Below, in pieces: positions 14,153 through 26,974 of a stretch of 64,000 nt of DNA. This stretch comes from Camelus dromedarius. Lineage: Eukaryota. The stretch is taken from assembly GCF_036321535.1 (NCBI RefSeq), contig NC_087436.1:105278001-105342000 (forward strand). Reading direction: 5' to 3'. Both the position numbers and the translations under genes were made by a program. The notes under the pieces were generated by a model. The model had not been told where the DNA came from, did not search any database, and worked only from the letters and a program-made list of their open reading frames with translations. The number at the start of each line of letters is the position of its first letter. The stretch's first letter is position 1.

Positions 14153-16269
14153 TATAAATAGACTGATAAATAGATATTCCCACTCTTCCAGAGAACTATC
14201 CCATACCCTCTCTTCTCCTCAAATTCCTAACCTTTCTTCCCTCTCAGCAGATGATCCAGCTTCCTATTTCAAGAAGAAAAGAGAAGCAATCAGAAAAAAC
14301 TACCATCAGCGCACAGCACCGTAACCGCCCTTCCACATCCTCTGCCTTCTGCCAAGCTCTGAGATCAACTCCACTTTGCTGGTATACAGCAAACTGTCTC
14401 TTCCTGACTACTCCAGGACATTTCTTCAGCAATTCTTTCCTGCATCACTATTTCCCTCTCTGCTGGAACATTTCCATTACCACATAAAGCATGCTGTAAT
14501 TTTTCTCATTTTAAAACAAATCTCTTTTAGCCCCCAAAGTTCCCCTAGACACTCCCTCATTTCTTTGTTCCCTTTTATAACAGAAGAGCTCTATAATTAC
14601 ATTTACCATCTCCAATTTTCCTTCTCCCACTTTCTTTTGAACCCATTTCAATCTAGCCTCTGACCTGATCACTCCACTGATTTAATTTTTGTCAGAGTAC
14701 ATAGTGACCTCCACTTTGCTAAATTCAACCTCAGACCTTATCCTCCTTGACCAACACCACCATTTCATTCTGTTGGTTACTCCCTCCTCCTGAAAATATT
14801 TTCTTCACTTGGCTTTCAAGATGTCACTTCTCCAGGTTGTCTTCCCATTTCATTGGCTCCTCTTTTTCAATCTCTTGCTGACTCATTTTCATCTCCCTGA
14901 CTGTCTAAACTTTGGAATGCCCCAGGCTCTGTTCATGGTCCTCTTCCCTCCCTTATAAGCACTGACGACTCCCAGATTTGTACCTCAAGCCTGGATTTCT
15001 GCCCTGAACCCCTGACTACTGTACTCAGCATCTCAACTTGGATGTTTTAGTAGACAACTCAAACTTTACTACCCCAAACTCCAGTCCGCATTTCCTCTTG
15101 ACTGCTTCACTCCCAGTATCCCTATTTCAGTTACTGGCAACTCCAAATCTCCAGTTGCTCTTGCCAAAAACCTTGGAATCATCCATGATCTCACTCTCTT
15201 CTCCCACATCCAATCCATCAGTAAGTTGTGTGGCTCTACTTTAAATAGATATCCTAAATCTAACCACCTCTTGCCATCTCCATTCCTTCTGTGTGATTAA
15301 AGTCATTATCAACTCTAGCCTAGATTGTTGCCAAAGTCTCCTAACTGGTCTCCTCCCTATACTCAGCCATGCCCTCCCCATACTCAACAGAGAAGCTATA
15401 GTCATCCTATTCAAATGTAAGTCAGATCATGTCACTCTTTTGTACAAAACAGCCCAGTGTTTTTCCACCTCACTCAGAAAAAAAAGTCCAAGTCCTTATA
15501 CTGGCCCCCAAGACCCTACCCAATCTTCCCTAGCCTGCATTTTATTTTTCTGGTTAGCACTTATCACCTAACATATTAAATAACTTATTTATTTTCTCAG
15601 CTCCAAGAAGATATGGATTTCTTTCACTGGTATATGACCAGAACTTTTACAATTCCTGGAACATAAGAGGCACTCAATAAACATTTGTGGAATTAATAAC
15701 TGATCATTTAAAGTGGTAGGAAAAAAGTGGTAGACAAGCCAAAAGTTATTCACATTTTACTTTGAAAGGCATTTAAATGCTATTACATGTATTCAATCTT
15801 TTGAAAATTCAAACTATAACCTTTCCTTAATTTAAAATTTGCTTTAATTCAGACATAAATTAAGACTACTATCTACTAACTTTTAAAATTTTGTGGTGAG
15901 AAAAATACTAGAAAAAAGGCCCTTGGGCATACTTAAAAGAATAAATAACTATGTCTATACAACTGATACGCTTATTCCAAATCATTATTATCTATTCCAT
16001 GGAAATTCATAAGAATGAAGGGAGAAACTCTGTCTTTCTTGTTCACTGTGTATCCCTAGCACCTGGAAGAGGGCTCAGCATTTGGCAGGTTCTTAGCAAA
16101 CATTTAAATGAATAAATATAGTATTATTTATGTGCCAAGTTGTGCCAATAATCATCATCATTAGTCAAGTGATAGTTCTTCTAGGTCAGGGCTCTTAACG
16201 CCAAGGAAGAATCTGAAAAGTTATTTATTTCAACTTTGCTCCCAGTTCTGGTACACTTTCTATAATTCA

Positions 16270-17000
16270 CCATCAGCAGGTGGTCTTTGGGCCAATGTTT
16301 AAACATTTTCAAAGAGAGATCACTCCTTTTTTTTTTTTTTAACATTTTTTTATTGAGTTATAGTCATTTTACAATGTTGTGTTGATCACTTTTTTAATGT
16401 TTCGCTTGTTTGAAAACAAATATAAACTTGTTTCTTCTTCAGAAATTGGTTCTCCTGCAGTTTAAACCAATGCCCTAGACCTGCCATCTGGAGTAAAACA
16501 AAAGTACTTACTCCTCTCTTCCCAGGGATGGCCCTTCAAATAGCTGAAGATCATTTCATGGTTCCCTAAGTCTCCTCTATTCTCTGCCTCCTTCCATATG
16601 GAAGTATTTTCAGGCTTTTCAGCATCCAAGTTGCCCTCCTGTTTCATGCCTCAGCTTTTCAATGTGCTTCCTTAAAATACAGTCTCCAGAATCAAGCAAC
16701 CCATTGCAGAGAATAGAGACATCTCTCAGTCCTGACACTATACGAAAAAAAGAGCACTCTAGCATTACACTTGTCGTTTAGGAGTCCTGGCATACTACTA
16801 ACTTATACTGAAATGGCTAAACTCTTGGACCACTCTTGGCCTCTCCCAACATGCACTTGGGCAGTTCTTTTGGAAACTACGTGCAGACTTTGACGTTAGT
16901 ATCAGATGTTATCAAATTGCTTTATGGGTTAAGCTTTATGAGTTCATCAGAGAACCTGCCTTTGTTACTCTCCTGGAGCCCAGGATCATACTCTGAATAC
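16270..17000 (-). mobile_element. L3/CR1 LINE fragment
   Basis: ggcccttcaaatagctgaag...ccctaagtctcctct...tccttaaaatacagtctccagaatcaagca, antisense CR1 3' region. Confidence 0.6.
16327..16383 (-). mobile_element. Ultra-short young L1 3' end (about 57 nt)
   Basis: The reverse complement closely matches the L1 tail at 45282-45330. Flanked by gatcact at 16318 and 16384. Confidence 0.8.
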
Positions 17001-20000
17001 TTAATAATTCAGCTTCAACCAAAATCAGATCAGGACCATTCCTACAAAATCAGTCAGGATGTTCTCAATCCCTTTTTCTTTACCTGGTCCCTTATTGAGC
17101 AACTCTTTTGGATAAATGAAAACTGGCATTCTCTGAAGATAGCCTGGATTTACCATCACAATCCAGAAAGGCAATTAAAGGACAACTGTTTCTATCTAAT
17201 TACAGCCAGAAGACAAAACAAAACTATATACAACTATTCTAAAATCCAAGTAATTATTTTTCAGTAGATGATTCTTCTTTCTGACTTTTAACTCACAAAT
17301 ACATTCTACAGATTTCTTTGTTTTAGTCACTTAAATGTACATTCAGCAATGAGTTTAAATTTGGAGAACACATACTAAAGTTATGCCACTTCAGGACACA
17401 AGTGCTGTAGCAATCTGGTTTGAAGGTTTGTTGTCATTGGTTTGGTTTTTAATAGCTGAGGGGCTTAATTACCTGTATTTTCTTTAACATTTTTTCAGTT
17501 AAAATTAATTTCACCCCTTTTAAGAAATAAACTATGAGATTTTGATTTGACTCTGTATCAAAAAATATTCAAATTTTCTAAGGAGAATCTCAGTTCTACC
17601 TCTGTAAATATCCTTTGGGACTCCTCTCAGAAGCAGCAGTGGCCTTCTAGTCAAGTTCCAGTTCTATTCAAGCTCCTCTCTTTTCACAAGACATCCAGTC
17701 CACCCTCTGAAACTTTGCCCATGCTGTTCTGATATATATGCCAAGTTTCCTTCCTATGGCTGAGTCTTATCCATCCTTCAACTCCATCTGAACACTTGCA
17801 ATGCTATAACAGAATGATCTAAGTACCAGGAGGGCAGAGATCTTTGTTTTGTCCCGTGATATATGCCAAGTGCTTAAAACTGTACCTGGCACATGGTAGG
17901 CCCTCAATAAATTTGAGAATTACTTATTAACAAAATTTTAACCACACTTAAGGATTATTACTGATCCTTTGGTAAGTAGAAACTGAAAATGGATTGAGAA
18001 CCCACTTATAACCTTTTATATTTAATTTTATAAAGTTGCATGGTAACTTATCAAGTTCTCATTTCAAATAAATAAATCAAAATGAATAAATCTTACCCAC
18101 TGGCCAAAATATTTTCTAAAAAGAAAAGTAGCTGGCTCACAAGTCTGGTGATCTTAACCCCTGCCTCAGGGGTTCCAGTGCTATTCATTTTCAAGTCTCA
18201 AATTGGATACTTCCTCTGCTAAATCTTCCCTGGCCCCCAGGTCCACAGCACAGCTCAACGGAACCTTCAGCTTTCCCCATCCAAGCATATATATCCTCTA
18301 TTAGAACTGTTTGGTTACAATGTTACGTGGGGACAAGGCTGGTGACTGGACAACCATTTGACATCTGGCCACCAGTTTCCCCATGGCCTCGATTTCCACT
18401 AGCACCAAGTAGGCACTGAAACATCTGCTGAATGATGGGTCTCTGCAGCAGATGGAAAACAAAGAATACGTGTGTCCTAATTACTGCTTGAGGAATAATC
18501 TCCATCACACTGCTGCTCACTACCTCTCAAAAGCTCAGCTATGGAGGACTGTCAAGATCCATGGGGTATCTACTTGTCTAGTACTTCCCTCTAAATTTAG
18601 CCAGGTTATCAGCATATTGAATCTAGACCCAGCAATACTGACAGCACCACCCACTAGAATTACTTCTACTGAAATGAACTTCAGGGAAGTTTTAAGAAAA
18701 ACTCCTATGAAATTCATCACTTGTATTACAAATATATTACCTAGCATACAGTCTCTTCTCCAAAAGGATACACAACAGGTTAATCTCAGTTTTGTTTTTG
18801 TTCAAATAATCAGTCTGTTTTAACTTTAGGAACACAGTGACTGTGTTTCTCTCAAGTAGGCTGCTCAGTAATCTTAAAAGTCAAATTTGTGGGCTGCCTA
18901 TACCAAGTGTGTGATGAACATTTTGTGCACTCTTATTCTGGCCTCCATCTCATTTATTCCATTATCCTAATTTCCCACTCTCATCTTTCTTCCTTACTTT
19001 TAAATGATTTTATTTTGTTTGTACATTTTTAAGCCACCATGAATCAATAAATACACACTTTCTTTTACTTTGGTAGCTCTTTGTGAATTCTAATGCCATT
19101 CTCTAATTGTCAGGCTCTCCAACAAAATTGGTAAGTGCTTCTGGTTTGTATTAACTGGGACCTTGAAGAAGTCACTTCACCTCTCTGCACTTCGTTAAAG
19201 TGAGAATAAAAAACAGTGCTCACTTCATGGAGTTGGTTATAAATTAATACATGTGAAATGCACAGAACTATGCCCTGCAGGTACTGTTTTGTGGGTATTA
19301 ACTATTATCAACTTCACTACCCTCCAACTCACTGATTAAAATGACAGCTAGATCTAGAAATGCCACTAATCCTTCTACTTTGACACTGATCCAACAATAC
19401 TATGGTTTATGCTGGTTCTAGACTTTGTCACATGCTTTGTTCAAGTAAAGATAACAGACATGACATTCTTCCACTGGCTAAAGTACATATAGCTCCTGTT
19501 CACATAAACAAAATAGTTAAGCATCGTAAATGATGTTAGTATTAATCGAAAGGTAAGAATTTCTTGGAACTAGAGAAGTTGGCTTCATGGAAATTGGTGG
19601 TAAAGGACAAAGGAAGTTAATGGACTCATTAAAAAATAACTAAACTTAATTATCAGGTTAAAAAAATCATGAAATTTTAGGAGAATGGTTTGAAATTTTA
19701 AAAATAGTTTTACAATTCAAAACTATTTTTAAATCCATTAAAAATAAAGCCTCCATAATAAGTAAACAGAAGTTAATTTTGAAACACTTGCAGATCTACA
19801 GCAAAATGGAAAAAATGCAGGATGTGAAAGAACAAAGCTCAGTCCAGGCTTTACCACTTCCTGGATCTTGACTTCGGTTTACCTCTTAAGTTTATCAGCT
19901 ACTACTTATTACAGTTTTAGTCAGTTTTAATCCTCATACCCAGCATAAGGGTGAATAACAGCTAACTTGCTGTGCTGTTGTGAGAATTAATGAAATATAT

Positions 20001-21399
20001 GAAAAAAGATCTTAGCAAACTGTAAAGTCTGATATAAATAAGTTATCACAATTTTAAAAGGCTGGAATTCTAATAAAATCCATTTTGTATTCTGAATATT
20101 ATATTCTACCCCCCCTTTTACCTTTTCTAGCCTTAATATCATTTGTCTACAAAACCCAACTTTCATAGAATAAATGCAATTTCAAGGTTTTAGACTCTTT
20201 TAAAATCTAGCTACATAGGTAAATTTGGAGTAGCAAAGGGCAAGCTAGGATCTTAGTTACTTCACAAACCAGAATTCTAGGTAATACAAACCCAGATTAT
20301 CGATGTAGCTAGGTGACTGTGGATCTGTTTGTGATCTGGTTCCATCTTCATGTTAAATGTTGTACTGTCTATGCATCCAAAAGCTAACATTATAATGGTA
20401 GCTAGCCAACCTGTATGTCAGACCAATTTGCTAAAGCTTTATTCATTAAAGTCCACTTCCTGCGGGCCTCTCTGGTTTATTCACTCTAGAATGTTTGACT
20501 GTAAGTCCAACTACAACTAGAATAACTTATTCTACCCAAAGTTCTTTAAATTGTAGAAGGCCTATTAGTGTACTAGTAGCAGAACATGTAAAATCTAAGG
20601 ACTCCAGAAAAACTAAGCAGCATTAATGGAAACTACATTTTCTGTGCCTTGTCTTTATGCTGTCATGCATGGACTGATGTTCCAGGCACAGTGCACGCAT
20701 CACCTCATTTAAACCACCCTTACCACCAGCAAGAAGGTGTTACGATCATTTTACATCTAGCCTGTTTCATCTCTACCTAGGACTCTTACAACGCTATTCT
20801 ATTTTACTATCAAATTAGCCTAATTGGACTCCACTATGCCAAATAAACTGGATTTATCAACAAATATCCATGCCTGCAGTCAAATGCCTAAATTTTACTC
20901 TCAACATCATTTCAAATACCCTCTTTTTCACCTGATATTGTCAGTCTGCTCAACAGTGAAAAGGTTTTTCCTTTGTAAAGTATAAAAGTATAAATGACTC
21001 AAGAAAGAAAACTTTGCAAGAGAGAGGGCAGGTACGGAAATTTAACTGCCTCTGCCCGCTCTGGCTAACGTCACTACAACATTTTATTTTAAAAGTTTTT
21101 GAAACGTGTCCCAGTGGCAACCGGATATTCTTGCTTTCCCTCTCTCAGCTGGCATCCACCTTGCAAACTCTCGGGGAACTTTCTTGATAGTTCAGTGTTC
21201 TTAATCCAAAACTCAAGTCCAAACTTGAGCAAACAACTTACGTTATTTTAGTGTTAAGTTTCCTGTCTGATCCCAAAAGTTTAGGCTCGCTTTTAGGGGA
21301 GGCCTCAAGGATCAGAGTTTAATGACAACCCTGGGCCTTGGGTGAAGTGGCATGTAGCCCCCGGAAAAGATGCGAGTAAACCCGGGAGCAGAAGAGAAA

Positions 21400-22320
21400 G
21401 GCTAGGCGTCCAAGGTGTGAGCAGGGGCTGGCCCCTGGCCTGTGCGCCGGCCGGGATACCTGGCGGACAGCCTTTGCCAGCAGGCAAGGGCTAGCGGAGA
21501 CGGAGAATGGAGCAGGGGGCAGGGACTCGAGGAGGCGCGTGAATGGGGGGCTGAGCGGCGGCGGCGACAGGCGCTCAGGAAAGGCGCGGAAAAAGGGATG
21601 AGCCGGGTCGCACCTGAACCCACGGGGCGGTTCCGATCCAGGTCGGTGGGCGAGCTCCGGAGGCGCCCCAAACCCAGGGAAGGGGAGGGAGACGCATCCC
21701 CAGGCCGGAGCAGCAGTTCCTCGTCGCTGGCCTGGCCACGGGAGGCCGCGCCCTCGTCCCCGGCAGCCTTCACCTGCCTCACGGCACTCCCCGGCGCGCT
21801 CTTCCGCGGCTCGGCCCAGGCGATCCGCGGCAGCAGCGGCTCCCGCTCCTCGTCGTCCTCCTCCTCCAGGCTCCCGCCGCCCGCGGATGCCTGCCTCCCG
21901 GGCTCCAAGGGCTCCGCCATGGCCTCCCTCGGTGCCCTCCGGGACGAGACCCGCTCAGAGAAGCCGGGCGTACGGGTCTGGCCTCGGCATCACGGAGGAC
22001 CGGAGCCGCTGGGTCCGAGCGAAGGCCCCTCACTTGCGCGCTGTCCCGCTTGGCGCCCGCGGGGCGGTTACCCGGCCCGGCCGCCAGCCGCGCCCCACCT
22101 CGCGCCAACCCCGCGCCTGCGCGGAAGGGCCGGGGCGGCGGGGGCGGGGGCGGGGTGGGAGCGGGGGACGCGGCGCGCAGGGCGGGGGCGCACCTGCCTT
22201 CCAGGGACCTGGAAGACGCGGGGGTGCTGTTACTCCTCGCGGAGCGCTAGGGTGGGAGAAGTTAACTTACCTCTGCAGAGGTGTCCCTCTCCAACCCAGG
22301 TCGGCCCCTCCCTCCCTGCA
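21400..22320. promoter_or_regulatory. PI4K2B: CpG island and TATA-less promoter of PI4K2B
   Basis: Abrupt GC/CpG-rich block around exon 1. Tandem GGGCGG Sp/KLF boxes at 22132-22190, NRF1-like GCGCCTGCGC at 22113-22122, ETS-like CGGAAG at 22122-22127. Confidence 0.9.
21614..21920 (-). CDS. PI4K2B: PI4K2B exon 1 coding part (MAEPLEPGRQ...EEREPLLPRIAWAEP...DRNRPVGS)
   Basis: Strong Kozak gccATGg, donor TCAG|gtgcga, phase 1. Acidic N-terminus with dileucine EREPLL. Confidence 0.95.
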
Positions 22321-22878
22321 GAATTGTCTCCTAGTTTACCACAACCTATGCCTATATATTTTCTTGTATGACTGTTTAACATTCGTTTCCCTGTCAGAAG
22401 TTCATGAGGGCCAGGACCTTGTCATTTTTCAGACATTCCTGATACTGGGAGTTTGCATTTTCTTTCTCTTCTTCTGACTAATCTAGCTAGAAGTTTACTC
22501 AAATTTTTAATTTTTTCAAAAAGCCATCTTATGATTCCATTGATTATCTGTTCTCTACTTAATTGACTTTTGCTCTTTATTATTTCCTTCTTCCTACTTA
22601 TTTGAGATTTGATTTCGTCTTCTTTTCTAGTTACTTGGAGCAGAAGATTACATTATTGATTCTGGTCTTTTCTATTTTTTTTTTTAATATAAGCATTTAA
22701 AGCTATGCATTTCCCTCTAAGCCCTGCTTTATCTGCATTCCACAATTTTTGAAACGTTGTGCTTTCATTTTCATTCAGTTCAAAATACTTTTAAGTTTCC
22801 CTTATGATTTCTTAATTTGACTCACTTATTTGAAGTGTTTTTTAATTTCCAAAAATTCAGGGGTTTTTCTATATATTA

Positions 22879-22992
22879 TTTTTTATTGCAGTATAGTTGA
22901 CATAAAACCTTATATTAGTTTCAGGTGTAAACACATACACAGTACAACACAACACAGTGATTAATATTTATGTGTACTGCAAAATGATCACT
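22879..22992 (-). mobile_element. Short L1 3' end nested in the older L1
   Basis: ttttattgcagtatagttgacata...atattagtttcaggtgta...aaatgatcac, flanked by ctatatatta / ctagatatta. Confidence 0.65.
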
Positions 22993-25045
22993 AGATATTA
23001 TTACTGACTTTTAATTTAATTCTGTTGTGTCCAGAAGAGACACTATGATTTCAACCTTTTGGAATTTATTGAGACTTATTTCATAATCCAGCATATTATC
23101 TGCCTTAGTGAACATCCCATGTGCATTTTTAAAAGAATGTGTATTCTGCAGATGAGTGGTTATATAACTGTCAATTATTTCTATAAAAATCAGTTAAGTA
23201 TTGATAGTGTTATTCTAATCAACTATATCCTTATGGATTTTTAAATTTAGTTCTATTACTCACTAAGAGAGAATATTACACTTACAGTGATTGTGGATTT
23301 GTCTATTTCTTCTTTTAGTTTAGTGAGTTTTGCCTTTATGCATTTTGAAGTTGTGTTACTAGGTGCATATATGTAGGACTTTTATGTCTTCTGTTAGGCT
23401 TTCAAGTCTTCCTGATGATTTAACCCTTTCTTTCTCCTTTTTTTCTTTCTTTCTTTCTTTTATAAACTTTCCCTCCTTATCTGTCTTAATACTCCTGGCT
23501 TGAATTCTACATTATCTGATATTAATATAACCACCCCACCTTTTTTAATGTTTACTGTTTGCCTGATAAATCTTTTTTCCTTTTCTTTTTATTCTATTTG
23601 TGTCTTTAATATGTCTGTATCTCTTGTAGAACACTTGTAGTTGGTTCTTGATTTAAAAAAAGAAAAATCCAGTCTGATAATTTCTGCCTCTTGGATTTTT
23701 TAGTCTATACATTAAATATAAGATTAATGTAGTTGGATTTAGGTCTACTGTTGTTTGCAATTTGTATTCTATTTGTTTCATCCCTTTTTTGTTCTTCTGT
23801 TCCTCTTTTCTTGCTTTCTTTTTGAATTAATCAATATTTCCTTATATTTCATCTTAATTCCTCTATTGACTTTCTGTGAAACTTCTTTACATTAATTTTT
23901 AGTGCTTACCCTAGCACTTACTCTATGCATCCTTAAATTGTCTCAATGTACATGGATCTCATATTGTAGTAACTGATGTAAAGTGAACATTGCAAAAGTG
24001 TATTTCTGTTTATCCTCCATCCTTTATGTTCTTGTTGTTATATATATATTAGACTTATATATGTTTAAATACAGTGAATAATGTTTGCCATGAACAATCA
24101 CGTCTTTTAAAGGAATTTTTTAAATGTGTATTCTTTTCTATTTACCCACATATTTACCATTTCCAGTGCCCTTTATTCTTTCCCATAGATCCGAGTTTTC
24201 ATCAACTATCATTTCCCTTCCCTTTGAAGAATTTTTTTAAAGCATTCCTTGTAATGCATATCTGCTGGTGATAAGTTCTGTTTTCATTTATCAGAAATTA
24301 TCTTTATTTCACCATCATTTTCAAAGAATATTTTCTCTGGATACAGAATCTGGATTGATGTTGCCCCCTGCCCCCACCTCCAAGTTCGGCTCTAAAAATA
24401 TGATTCCATTGTCCTCTAGACTTCACTGTTTCTGAATCATGTCCCTCTGCTGACCCACCCAATTTGTATTATGTCATTTTTCTCTAGCTGCCTTTAAGAG
24501 TTTTTTCATTATCTTCACTTTTTAAAATAATTTGACCATGACGATCATCAGGTGAATTTCTTCTTATATATCCTGCTTGGGTTTTGCTGGGTTCCTTAAT
24601 CTGTGAGTTCATATATTCCATCAAATTTGGTGAAATCTCAGCCATTATTTTTTCAAAAAATTTTCTGCCCCATTCTCTCTTCCCTTTCTTTCTGTGATTC
24701 CTATTGCATGTATGTTAAGACTCTTTACTATTATCCTAAAAGTCAGAAGGGCTCTGATCTTTTTTTTCAATAGTTTTTTCTCTGTTTTTCAGATCGAATA
24801 ATTTCTCTTAATCTGTTTTTAAGTTTACCAACCCTTCAGCCATTTCAAATTAGCTGTTAAGCCCCACCCCATGAATTTTTTATTTCAAATATTCTACTTT
24901 TTAGTTCTAGAATTTCCATTTGTTTCTTTTTTTAGAGTTTCTATATCTCCACTGAGATTTTCCATCTGTTAATTAATTGCGACCATGTATTTTTCAAAGA
25001 CCTTAAATACATGTAAAATAATAACTCTTTAAAAGTCTTTGCTAA

Positions 25046-25263
25046 AGGGAAGGATATAACTCAGTGGTAGAGTGTGTGCTTAGCATGCATGAGGTTCGAT
25101 TCCCATTAGAAAAAAATTTTTTTAAATAAATAAGAAAAATAAAAGAAAACAGGAGATACGAGGCAAGCAAGGATTTTTTTTTAAAAGCTGTGCAACAAGC
25201 ACAAACCACAAAGGAAAATATGGATATATTTGGCTGCATTAAAAACAATTTTAAAAAATTTTT
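25046..25263 (+). mobile_element. vic-1-type tRNA-derived SINE with 3' extension
   Basis: A box taactcagtggtag, B box ggttcgattcc. TSD aagtctttgctaa at 25033-25045 and 25264-25276. Confidence 0.85.
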
Positions 25264-26974
25264 AAGTCTTTGCTAATTTTTACATCTGAATCATCTTGGA
25301 GTCACTTTCTATTGACATATTTTTCTCTGGACTATAAGTCATACTTTCCTATTCCTTTATATATATGTTAATTTTTATTGTATTGTTATCTTCCTCTGAT
25401 GAATGTTGATGTATTCTAGTAAGTAGTTAATTTGTACCCCATGCACATAGAGTTCAGGTGTGAACCAAGGATTTAGGTAGAGTGTATGTGTAGATTTTGG
25501 AGTGCTTTGCTTCTATTACTCCTTTCTTTCCAGGATTTCCATCCTCAACTTCCAGCTGCTCTGAGAACCCCAGGCTCCATCCTTTAATTCCTGTCCATTA
25601 AGATTGTGGCTTTCTGAATTCCAGCTGACTTTCACAGTGCAGACTGAGTAGTGCCCCTAGATAAAAAGATGTATGAACATAAATCATATTCAGTGCATTT
25701 CAGTTCTTTGCAGAGTGTGCATCCCTTCAAATTCTGCCTGCCTGCCAGCCTTTGGTTATATTCCATCATCTTCAAATAATTGCTTTTATATTTTATCCCA
25801 TTTATAACTTTTATCTATAAAAGGATTAGTCTGATATAACCTCCTATGGCATATTTTTATGGAAATGTATCTTTTAGTGAGATGAATGGTGCTATTTTTT
25901 GTCTATAGTTCACATGTTAGTAGAGGAATATTAATTATTGCTAGATAAGTCATGATTCAGCATTAGTTCTATTTGTAGTTTCAATTTTTATAGACATAAA
26001 CACTGAAAAAAATATTTTCAAATAAATAGATGATTATGGTGAATGCTTTGTAGTAGCAATGCCACTCAAATCTTTGATCTTTCAAAATATATGCTAAAAG
26101 TCATGTAGTACTCTATTATCAAAAATTATTTTTTATGATCTATCATCAGGCAATTCATTTAGGTCCTCTTTTGTTAGAGTTATTCACTTTCTCAATTTCT
26201 GGGAAGTATACCAAAAAGGCTCTTTGGAAGACTTATCAGTTGTTAATAATTGTACTGTAACTCTTTCATTTCAAGGCACTTTATTTTTTAACTCGGTGTT
26301 GACAAAATAAAAATATTAACATTTCTATAGGCCTTTGGCAATACAATATCGTTTATTAAAATGCTTTTATCTTATCATGAGCTTTAAACATATTTTTGAG
26401 AGTTAAGAATTTTACTCTGCAGATTTGGCTCATTCGATGTATGTAAAACATCTAACTTAAAAGTTGATTGGTAAAGCCAACGTTCATTATCAAGTCAATC
26501 AGCGAAAGCAGACTTTTTTTCAATTCACATAAACACGTTAAAATATATACCAGTGTCAAGATAGCAGTTTTAAATTCTAAGGCTCTGCTGCCTTCACTAT
26601 TTCTCAGATCTTTCTTAACTTGTTCCTGTGGAATACTTCCTTAGGAGTCCATTCTTTGAAAGTAGTCAGGGTTTAAAAGATGCAAGATCTTTAAATGAAA
26701 CTTGTCATCACTCTTACAACCTCACTCTATGACACCTATGTATTCAGAACATCCTAACACAGGCCTAAACGCGCCATGTCCAATGTCACCATCACCTTTG
26801 AAATAATGCTCCTTTAACAGGAAAAGACACGAAGCACTGCTGCTACCTTCTGAGGCTTTTGTTAATGGAGGATTTGCCAACACCTGTATTTCTTTGTTAG
26901 TAGGCTCAAGTTTTTTACATCCCAGAACAAGGAGCTATTGGAAGATTCAAGATAGTCTTTCCAGTTCCAACAAG

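Larger units (their letters stand above)
13290..15700 (+). mobile_element. L2 LINE (long fragment with 3' end), interrupted by an MLT1A LTR and (CA)n
   Basis: L2 RT-like tract (cctccttgacc...catttcattctgttggttactccctcctcctgaaa) and L2 tail ggcactcaataaacatttgtggaattaa. Confidence 0.8.
22440..25830 (-). mobile_element. Ancient L1M (ORF1 and 5' ORF2 region), with nested insertions
   Basis: T-rich antisense L1 hallmarks (gcatttaaagctatgcatttccctctaag, gtggatttgtctatttct, tttatttcaccatcattttcaaagaatattttctctggatacagaat, tcaaatttggtgaaatctcagccattatt). Confidence 0.85.

Noticed and set aside
21442..22477. 309-aa and 196-aa plus-strand ORFs antisense to exon 1
   Set aside because: Low-complexity R/G/P/A ORFs expected from stop-codon scarcity in a CpG island. 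No recognisable domain.
25047..25105. tRNA gene (also 42764-42838)
   Set aside because: A and B boxes are followed by A-rich tails and TSDs, so these are SINEs, not tRNA genes.
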